Origin: Craspedostauros australis
Taxonomy: Eukaryota
NCBI GenBank assembly: GCA_030167865.1
Contig: JALAGF010001574.1
Coordinates: 1 to 40,622 of the forward strand
Direction of reading: 5' to 3'
DNA: 40,622 bases
The number at the start of each line of letters is the position of its first letter. Position 1 is the first letter of the stretch. Position numbers and translations under genes: made by a program. The notes under the pieces are model-generated. The model was not told the DNA's origin. It did no database searches and saw nothing but the letters and a program-made list of their open reading frames with translations. Positions 32,167-40,622 of this stretch are shown piece by piece.

Positions 32167-32849
32167 ATGAGATCCACACACACCTCTTTCGCTTTCGCCA
32201 TCGGCATGATGCTGTGCCTCAACAGCGTCGCGGTGCATGGCTTCGTCCCGCCAAGTCCGACGGCGACTCGCGTGTTGCAGCCGCAGCAATCCGCATCCAC
32301 ATTGCGCATGATAGATGCCAATGGTCTTGTCGAGACCACCACATCCCTCGTCACAACCAGCAACCTTCTGTTGGCGGAGACCGAAGCATGGGTGCAGCCA
32401 TTGTCCTGGGTCATGGGACCCACGTTGAATTTCCTTTCCTTCGCGATGGTACGTTGAGGTTGGAGCTGCGTACGGAAGGCCTTGCCCAATGTTCCCTATT
32501 CCAAGCATGCGGATTCTCACTTGCACAACCGTCGTCTTGCTCACAAATCTCCACGTATCCTTCTTCCACAATCACCTGCTCTGCTGTTCCACTCTGCCCA
32601 CCCCCCTCTCGCATCCAGCTCTGCCGCGTCGTCGCATCATGGTACCCCAGCACGAATCTCAACAAGGTGCCGTGGGTCTTCATTGCGTGGCCGACAGAAC
32701 CACTGCTGCGAATAGCCAAGGGGTCCATCCCACCAGCCTTCGGAGTTGACATCACGCCGGTCTTTTGGCTTGCCATCTTCACCTTCATCAACGAGATCTT
32801 GTTGGGACAGCAGGGATTGCTCACGATGAAGATCAAGTACGGCATTTGA
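32167..32849 (+). CDS. CCB3: Plastid YGGT-family protein CCB3 (cytochrome b6 haem c(i) assembly), 2 exons
   Basis: Exon 1 32167-32448 with bipartite leader VHG|FVP. Intron 32449-32618 (GTACGT..CCAG). Exon 2 32619-32849 encodes RVVASWYP...PTEPLL...IPPAFGVDITPVFW...EILLGQQGLL, matching CCB3. Confidence 0.88.
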
Positions 32850-33343
32850 GGTGTGGAGTATCAGGCGCAAGCAGTAGTATCGTGCTTGAGCGTCATGGTT
32901 GAGTACTCTCTTGGTACGATGTGCAGTTCCATCTCTCGTTGAGATGCTGTACAATACAATGCAGCTCATGGACCGAACCGTGTGAAAGAACGAATCAATG
33001 CGGTGACCTGTAGGCATTTTCGGCGTGCCAACACACGGCGCAGACATGACAACTGCTTCTGCGACTTCATCGGGCCCAATCGAAAGGATAGCGCAGATCA
33101 GATGAAGGAGGTGGGATCGTCAGGCCGCGCACGCAAAAGCAATAAACGACGACAACAACGACATACCAAAGGTGTAGTCCACATTGTAGTACTCCGACTA
33201 ATTCAGTTAATCCTCGATCCGTCTCGTTCCATCCAGTGCACAACTATGTGCTCCGCCACAATCACTTGTTTACGCCCCACCGCAGAGTTCCGATGCTTTG
33301 TGTACTGTGCGCCCGCCTACTCGCAATGTGATATTTCGACGGC

Positions 33344-33367
33344 CTCTCTCTCTCTCTCTCTCTCTCT
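33344..33367. repeat. (CT)12 microsatellite next to the stop codon of the DUF6824 gene
   Basis: Read directly from the sequence. Confidence 0.95.
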
Positions 33368-33371
33368 GTGT

Positions 33372-34856
33372 CTAGCCAGCTCTAGGCTTCGCTCGTCTCG
33401 ATTTGTTGCGAAACGTCATCGCCACCTTCTCCCGGGCCGCCGTGTCCGACACCTCCATCCACCAATCCCCGGATGGATCGCGCTTTAGGAATCGACCGCC
33501 ATTGGCCCGGATGATCTGCACTACCTCATGGGTGATCTTCGTCTTTTGCGTGCGGTTGGCGGCATTCAAGTGCCGTTCTTGATACGTCGCCACGATCTCG
33601 GTCAATTTCACATTACCCATGTAGCTCTGATACGGCCATCCTCGGCCCAGCACGATATCGTTCGGCCCGGGCCGTTGGATACAATCCTCGGGCTGCGAAG
33701 GGTCCTTCGCGCGCAAGTTGGCATCATCTCGCATCATGCATTCCTCCATGTGCTGCCGGATAGCATCCTCCTTGGATTGCCCGTTGACATCGAACGGTAG
33801 ATCCTCGGGACGGATCCCGTAGGCCGCCAGCTCGTAGATGCATTCCATCGTCGAACCGAAATGCGTCTTGGTGCGCAACCTCAACGCCTTGGGCATCGCC
33901 GCCTGCAGCACGGAGAATATGGGGCGCACGCGCACATCCTCGAAGAAGAAATGGACGCCGGCAAACCGGATCGGCATGATGTTCAAGATGTCCCATTTGG
34001 CCACACCGGCGCCTTCGTAAAACTTGGTCCTCATGGCATGAATCGTCATGGCGACCACCACGATGCCGCGTCGTTGCTGCTCAGGGCTGTACGTGATGTT
34101 TTCGTTGAGGTACCACAGGGCCTGCACGTGCGACTTGACGGATCGGTACCGCCAGTTGGCGTAGACATCGAAGATGATGACGCGGCCGGACCGATCGGCC
34201 GTGGTTTCGTACATCTGCTGCGCACCGTTTTTCAGGGATTCGTGGGCGTCGGGGGGCAGATCGCTCAGCACGATAGGTGCCACCAACTTTTCCTCTCCGA
34301 ACAGAATCAGCTTCGTCTTGAAATACTTGAAGATCTTGTTCGCCGCCGCCGGCACGTCCCATTCCGTGGAGCGCAGGAACTGCAAACGCCTCTGTTCGTC
34401 TTTGACGTACCGTGGCGATAAGAACTGCGCGCGGTCGTAGACATCCTTGCGTCGCGCTGATTTGATGTAGGCGTCCAGCTCCTGCAACCGCGCCGCCACC
34501 ATCTCTGGCGTTTCCTCGATTTGCGGCGACACGCCGTGCACATCTTCGTAGACGCGTTCGCGTTCCATCAGGCTCAAGGATTTGAAATCATCCGCAGTTA
34601 CCTGCTCACCGTGCGTGAGAGATGCCGTTGAGTCCACGGTGGCATCGCGCTTGGAGAAGCCTGGGATACATCCATCGCAGCACATGGATTTGTTGCCGAT
34701 GGCGCAGATCTGGGATGGTGAGGATGAAGTCGAAGTCGAAGTCGAAGACAACGGTGATGCTGCGCGGTTGGGTTCTTCGGCGAGAGTCCCGATTTTGTTC
34801 GGAGGGGAATGCGGCTTCGTCCATTCTGCATCGCTGTCGTCCCACTGTCGTTTCAT
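33372..34856 (-). CDS. Diatom-type CRAL-TRIO/Sec14-like + C-terminal DUF6824 protein
   Basis: ERERVYEDVHG, RLQFLRSTEWDVPAAA, DRSGRVI and MPIRFAGVHF (Sec14-like). PGPNDIVLGRG...GN...GGRFLK...WMEVSDTAAREKVAMTFRN (DUF6824). Confidence 0.88.
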   Translation of the reverse strand: MKRQWDDSDAEWTKPHSPPNKIGTLAEEPNRAASPLSSTSTSTSSSPSQICAIGNKSMCCDGCIPGFSKRDATVDSTASLTHGEQVTADDFKSLSLMERERVYEDVHGVSPQIEETPEMVAARLQELDAYIKSARRKDVYDRAQFLSPRYVKDEQRRLQFLRSTEWDVPAAANKIFKYFKTKLILFGEEKLVAPIVLSDLPPDAHESLKNGAQQMYETTADRSGRVIIFDVYANWRYRSVKSHVQALWYLNENITYSPEQQRRGIVVVAMTIHAMRTKFYEGAGVAKWDILNIMPIRFAGVHFFFEDVRVRPIFSVLQAAMPKALRLRTKTHFGSTMECIYELAAYGIRPEDLPFDVNGQSKEDAIRQHMEECMMRDDANLRAKDPSQPEDCIQRPGPNDIVLGRGWPYQSYMGNVKLTEIVATYQERHLNAANRTQKTKITHEVVQIIRANGGRFLKRDPSGDWWMEVSDTAAREKVAMTFRNKSRRAKPRAG

Positions 34857-35584
34857 TGTGTGTACTGCTGTGAGTGATGGAGTAGGAGTAGAGAGTGTTT
34901 GGTTGGTTTGGTTTGGTTTGGTTTTGTGGGTTGTTGCTGGTTGCTGTTGATGCTGTCGATAATGCCGGCATCAACACTGATGTCTGTTTTGATGCGCCGA
35001 TGCTGTTATGACTCTCCAACCAAGGAAGAGGTGGCTCGACGAAACTGTTTTGCCGCTCCGGTATTACCGAGAATGTCAATCCTTGCCAAGTCGATCAGCG
35101 GGGACCGACTTTGGGAGAAAGGATGCTCGTCTCCGTCGATGAAACAGTGATTGGTTACGCGCTATTGATGCAGACGCTCACAACTGATGCTCTTGGGTCG
35201 AGCTCGGATGTCGAGGAATGTGAATCAAGTATAGTGGTACAAGGTGCGAGTACGAGCGCGAGTATGGCATGAAAGTGCAGCCGACAGAACACAACATGAG
35301 AATGGTATCTTGTAGACTACTTGATGCGCGCTGTTAGTGCCTTCGCAGACGTTTTGGTTATGTTCTCTTGTTGCGACAAGAAATGATGGCTCCCAGAACG
35401 TCAAAGAGTACTCCGCAGGATCGATGTCGCAGCAAACCGGGATATGTATGAAACCGTTGAAACGGCGTTACACGATAGACGCCACTACCAATCATGGACA
35501 ACACAGCAATGAGACAACAGCACTGACGCATACGACATCGATAAGACTCATAATCTGCATCTTTACTCTTTTTCACTCTAAATC

Positions 35585-35634
35585 NNNNNNNNNNNNNNNN
35601 NNNNNNNNNNNNNNNNNNNNNNNNNNNNNNNNNN
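35585..35634. other. Assembly gap (50 N)
   Basis: Run of N at the presumed LTR/internal junction. Confidence 1.
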
Positions 35635-35637
35635 GCA

Positions 35638-35655
35638 TGTGCGAGCGTGCAGGGA
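35638..35655 (+). promoter_or_regulatory. Possible primer-binding site
   Basis: Follows a CA just after the gap. TGTGCGAGCGTGCAGGGA reverse-complements to a tRNA-3'-end-like TCCCTGCACGCTCGCAC(C)A, one G short of the canonical TGG. Confidence 0.3.
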
Positions 35656-36089
35656 CCGCCTGAAGAGGCGACGATAATACTGGAACCCCGCTCCGAGGGT
35701 GGACCGTCACCAAGCCGGCACTGCTTGTACTGTGCTGCATCCTCTTTGACCATGGTGTGCTGATGCAGAGTGACCGGCATCAGCGGGATGCAATCTCACC
35801 GTTCGCATTGCGAGGTGTTGATGACACCGGTGGACGCACCGACCGTAGGTCACACGGGAATCCCTACTGAGACACACGCTGTTGTCAGCGGAAAGACTGT
35901 GTGCCTTATTGCCCGGTCTGTGCTTCTCATCGCGGATCGACACCGTGAAAACACACGTTGAAACGCTTTTTCACGTCGAAAACACACCATGTCCCAGTGT
36001 GATTTTCTTGACAACACAATCTCCCTCTCCCTTCACTACTTCTCTCTCTCTCATCATCATCAACAACACTATACACAAACATCAACAGC

Positions 36090-37583
36090 ATGGCAGCCGC
36101 TGCAAACCCCAACGTCAACGAGATACGTGACTATTGCAAGAACGTACTCAACTTTCCTGACGATGACATCGCTGACGCTTTAGAGGATCAGGGTCTCACG
36201 AAGTTCGACGACTTTCTCTCCATCGATGACAAAGGCGTTACTGATTTGTGCAAGCGCATCTGCGATGGTAGTGGCTTCATCGAAAACCCAGCATACAAGG
36301 CAGGCGCCAAGGGCAACATACCACCACAAGTCAAGGATCCCGGGGTCACCGTTGGCTGGATCCACGAGACCAAGCTCCGTCAGCTCCGTTACATTCGCTT
36401 TCACTTCAAACGCATCCAACGTCCATTCACAGCAGCAGAGGCACCAATGGATCGTCTTGTTGCTTTATGGGAGCTCTTCTTGGAGGAACAGCGTATCAAG
36501 AAAGAGACAGAGTTGGACATGCCAGAACGGCTGGTCAAAGTGGACCGAGTCCGTGATAGTCTCGAGGACATCCAGAACTACTTGGAAAACACGCATGGTG
36601 CACTCGATACCCCTCTCTCCTACGTGATCCGTGAAGATACGCGTAAACCCGAAGACCGTACGCCTCCAATCAACACCGGATTTGGTGTGCCCACCATGAA
36701 GGAGGAACTCATTGACCGAGCCATCCACGAAGGCATCCGCTACGACGCTGACAATGCCAAAGTGTGGCAGGTGGTTCGTCATGTCACTCACGGCGGACCT
36801 GCGTGGGCTTGGGTCCAAGGCTATGAACGCGCACGCAACGGTCGTGCGGCATTCATCGCTCTCAAGGAACACTATCATGGCGACTCTTTTCAGGCGCGCA
36901 CCAAGGCAGCAGCATCCAAGACGATTGCAACCAGCTTCTATGACGGCAAGTCACGTCAGTTCTCATTCGAACGATATGCACAGATCATGAAAGGTGCATT
37001 CGAAGACATGGCGCGATGCGGTGAACCACTCGTGAACGCGGCAAAAGTGCGCCACTTCCTCGATGGTATCCGTGATTCCCGTCTCGACAGCGCATGTGTT
37101 GCTATCAAGATCAACGAAGCTCTTCGCGAAGACCTACCGGGGGCCATCAACGTCCTGAGCGAAGTCATTGACCATAAACAGATCGCGTCACCCAGACGCT
37201 CCATTGGCTCGATGGATCGCGGCAAGGGCGGTCGTGGCAACCGCAACGGAACACCAAGCAAGGGTGGCCGCGGAGGCCAAGGCAAACCCAAGAAATACGA
37301 CCCGAACATGGTCATCACCGATCGTCATTACTCACCAGACGAATGGTCGGTCATGTCGTCCGCACAGAAGACCAAAGCACTTGAGATGCGTGCTGAACGA
37401 GACAAGCGCCGTGGGGTCATGTCGGTTGGCAGAAACACGCCATCGAAACGTCCTCATGAAGAGACCGATGGGCACTATGGGCCACATGATGCGACCAACC
37501 AAGACAGCGGTCAAGCTGGCGCTAACAATCAGGCTGGAATCGGCAGCATGGCCACCCGTCGCAACCAACAAGGACGTTCCTGA
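36090..37583 (+). CDS. gag: Retrotransposon Gag
   Basis: 497 aa with CoDi-like motifs PLSYVIR, NGRAAFIALKEHY, KVRHFLDGI and YSPDEWSVMS, and an RGG-rich C-terminal region. No CCHC knuckle. Confidence 0.9.
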   Translation: MAAAANPNVNEIRDYCKNVLNFPDDDIADALEDQGLTKFDDFLSIDDKGVTDLCKRICDGSGFIENPAYKAGAKGNIPPQVKDPGVTVGWIHETKLRQLRYIRFHFKRIQRPFTAAEAPMDRLVALWELFLEEQRIKKETELDMPERLVKVDRVRDSLEDIQNYLENTHGALDTPLSYVIREDTRKPEDRTPPINTGFGVPTMKEELIDRAIHEGIRYDADNAKVWQVVRHVTHGGPAWAWVQGYERARNGRAAFIALKEHYHGDSFQARTKAAASKTIATSFYDGKSRQFSFERYAQIMKGAFEDMARCGEPLVNAAKVRHFLDGIRDSRLDSACVAIKINEALREDLPGAINVLSEVIDHKQIASPRRSIGSMDRGKGGRGNRNGTPSKGGRGGQGKPKKYDPNMVITDRHYSPDEWSVMSSAQKTKALEMRAERDKRRGVMSVGRNTPSKRPHEETDGHYGPHDATNQDSGQAGANNQAGIGSMATRRNQQGRS

Positions 37584-40500
37584 CCACAAAGTCGCACTCG
37601 GCGGGTCACGTCCGTCAGCATGTCTCTGCCATCTGATACCCCACGGGCAGAGCTCGACTCACACGCGGATACATGTTGTTTTGGTGATACTGCGTACATT
37701 GTACATCAGACCGACCAAACTGTCACTGCAACCCCTTTTATTGACTCACTTGGGTCCATCGATAATGCACCAATCGTCACAGCTGCGATAGCATACGATG
37801 ATCCAATTACATATCAAACATTCATTCTTTTCTTTCCACAATCGATCTACTTTCCTCGTCTTGAACATCCTTTGTTGTGCCCAAACCAAATGAGGGCTGC
37901 GGGTATAGTCGTGAATGATGTTCCTCTGCTCATGATCAAGGAGCACGAACGGAAGCCGGAAGACCACTCTGTGGTCTCATCCGACGACGACCTACACATC
38001 CCTCTACGATTGCAAGGCACTGTATCCTACTTCCATATGAGGAAGCCAACACAACAAGAAATCCAATCCGATCGTGACTGTATACACATCACAATGACAC
38101 AAGAGGCCACATGGGACCCATCCCAGTGGTCGTCAGGGGACGACGAAGACGCCATCCGAGCGTCTCTCTCATCACAACGAACCATATCGTCCATCAGCAT
38201 CCAAGGCACACACACGTCCAATCGAAAGGGGACTATCACATCCGACGTCCTCGCACAACGCTGGCGCATCGGAACAGAAGCTGCCTCACGCACGCTTGAC
38301 GCAACCACACAATTGGCCATTCGCGACTTTCGTCACTCATCAGGAACACGACGTCTCAATCCATACGCCATGCAACTACGATATCGTCGGCTCAACACCC
38401 AACTTTACGCCGACACCATGCACGCAAAGACCAAGTCGATTCGTGGCAACAAATGCGCCATGATCTATTGTACACCGTTTCACTGGGTCCGGGTGTACCC
38501 AATGGCGGAACGCAAAGAAGCACATCGCACACTTGACGAACTATTCCGTGACCACGGCATCCCACACACCATCATCCTGGACAACGCCAAAGAGCTCGTA
38601 GCCGGCGAATTCCGTCGCAAGCTACACAAAGCACAAGTCTCCATCCGACCAATCGAAGCATACATTCACAATCAGAACAAAGCAGAAGCAACCATCCGTG
38701 AGCTTCGACGCCACTACCGACGGCTGATGACCTCGACCGATACACCAGAGTACTTGTGGGACTACTGTTTCGAGTACTGTGCCGAGATACGCAGTCACAC
38801 TGCACTCGCCATCCATGACCTGCACGGAGAGACACCGGCCACCATCCTATCTGGTGACACTGCTGACATCTCCCACATTGCTGAATTCGGCTGGTTTGAC
38901 TTCGTGTGGTATATCAACATTCAAGACGCATCCATGAACGTCAAGCAGCTTGGTCGGTACCTTGGGCCAAGTCGCTCTATTGGTGATGCAATGTGCTCGT
39001 ACATCCTCACTGCCAATGGCATTGTTGTCTCCAAGTCATCTGTTTTGCCTCTCTCTCACGACGACACACACAGCGACGTAATCACGCGCAAATGCAACGA
39101 GTTCATGGACACACTTCGATCCAAATGGAAGCAACGAATGGAGGGCATCACAATCGACGACGACGGCGACGACGTTGACGATACGGCAGCAGATATTGCC
39201 ATTTTGCAGAACACCGAACCACTGGAACAAATCGTGGAGCCAGATGATGTTGACAGCGCGACCTTCGACAAATACATTGCAACCAAAGTCATTCTACCGT
39301 CAGGGGACGAGATGCAACATGGAACAGTCAAACAACGCAAACGAGACACAGAAGGCAATCTCATCGGCCGCTCGCATCCCAATCCTATGCTTGACACCGC
39401 CCAATACGAAGTTGAATTTCTTGATGGACATCACGAGGTGTTCAGCGCCAATCAAATTGCGGAGAACATCTACGCGCGCATCGATGACGACGGATACACG
39501 ACTGTGCTGATGGATGAAATCATTGATCATAAACGCTTGCCCTCTGTTTCTTCTCCTTCTCCTCATTCTAAATCCACAAAAGGCTGGAAGCTCTGCATCC
39601 GATGGAAGGACGGATCCACATCCTGGATTCACCTACGCGATGCAAAAGAAGCCGACCCCGTACGCGTTGCCGAATACGCTGCAGACAACAAGCTCGTCAA
39701 CGAACCTGCATTCAAGTGGTGGGTGCCATATACCCTACGCAAACGACAACGCATCATCATGGCAACGAAGCGGCGACACGTCCGAAAGAACGAGATGTTC
39801 GGCGTGGAGCTTCCTACATCCGTGCGCCACGCACTCGCAATCGATGCGGCTACAGGCACGGATCTGTGGCGACAGGCCATCGCAAAAGAAATGAAGGCCG
39901 TGCGACCAGCATTCGATATCAAGGAACTGGATACTCCCAATCCCGTGGGCTACCAATACATGGAATGCCACATGATATTTGCCGTCAAGGTGGACCTCAC
40001 AAGAAAAGCGCGACTCGTCGCTGGGGGACACATGACGGAGGCACCTGCAACAATCACATACGCGAGTGTGGTGTCACGCGAAAGCGTACGCATTGCGTTC
40101 TTAATCGCCGCACTCAACGATCTGGATATCCTCGCCGCGGATGTTCAGAATGCATACCTCAATGCTCCATGTCGGGAACGCATATACACACAATGCGGTC
40201 CGGAGTTCGGATCCGATCAGGGGAAGATCGCAATCATTTGTCGGGCCCTGTACGGATTGAAGTCGAGCGGAGCAGCATGGAGAGCACACTTGGCAGAGAC
40301 ACTGCGCGATTCGTTGGGATTCACATCCTGCCGTGCCGACAGCGACGTCTGGATGAAGCCTGCTGTTGCGAGCGATGGGTCAGAATATTACGAATACGTG
40401 CTCGTGTACACCGACGACATCCTGGCTGTATCCAAACAACCACGACGCATCCTTGATGCGATTGACTCACACTTTTTCCTCAAACCGAGTTCCATTGGCC

Positions 40501-40622
40501 CTCCAACAACATATCTGGGATCCACCATCTCACAATTCCACCTCACTGCCGATCCGTCACGTCCCAAATGGAGCATGGGCTCACAAGAATACATCAAATC
40601 CGCTCTCAAGATTGTCACCAAA
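37584..40622 (+). CDS. pol: Retrotransposon Pol (protease, integrase, chromodomain-like region, reverse transcriptase), 3'-partial
   Basis: Translated by hand: 1013 stop-free codons in the gag frame. Protease ELDSHADT (D at 37656). Integrase D 38412 (LYADT), D 38580 (DNAKE), E 38685 (QNKAE). RT motifs KARLVAGG, DVQNAYL, ALYGLKSSG and YTDD (40407-40418). In-frame ATG at 37620. Confidence 0.95.

Larger units (their letters stand above)
35332..40622 (+). mobile_element. Ty1/copia LTR retrotransposon, CoDi-like, cut off by the window end
   Basis: gag followed by pol in PR-IN-RT order. The 5' LTR start is uncertain (candidate TGTT at 35332 or 35361), and an assembly gap falls in the presumed LTR. 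The 3' LTR, RNase H and the 3' TSD copy lie outside the window. Confidence 0.92.

Noticed and set aside
35660-35720. CTGAAGA as a hammerhead ribozyme core (retrozyme-like)
   Set aside because: No GAAA after a stem II and no stems I/III; explained by a small GCCT-GAAG-AGGC hairpin.
37581-37583. UGA as a selenocysteine codon
   Set aside because: Not at a catalytic or Cys-like position, and no SECIS can be assessed because the 3'UTR is outside the window.
1-40622. CRISPR arrays, rRNA or tRNA genes, prokaryotic operons
   Set aside because: No repeat-spacer array or rRNA/tRNA signature seen; gene structure is eukaryotic with spliceosomal introns.

Overview
Eukaryotic nuclear DNA, very probably from a diatom. 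This is inferred from bipartite plastid-targeting leaders, a DUF6824 protein, an HSF-type factor, 170-300 nt GT-AG introns and a CoDi-like Ty1/copia element. The first ~35 kb holds about 16 host genes: a KIX-like protein, an ankyrin-BTB protein, a small membrane protein with p97/Cdc48-binding-like motifs, two glycosyltransferase-like proteins, two RING-H2 ligases, a four-exon Tudor-like/Myb-like/HSF factor that the ORF track splits into four pieces, a SWEET transporter, plastid DUF1499 and CCB3, a Sec14-like/DUF6824 protein and several orphans. The last ~5.3 kb is the 5' part of an apparently intact Ty1/copia LTR retrotransposon. Its pol frame (not in the ORF track because it runs off the window) continues in frame with gag across a single TGA-C followed by a stem-loop, suggesting stop-codon readthrough. 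The most unexplained stretch is a ~570-nt hairpin-dense intergenic element at 24143-24713, closed by a long-range helix, which matches no RNA family I recognise. All calls come from manual motif reading; no searches were run.
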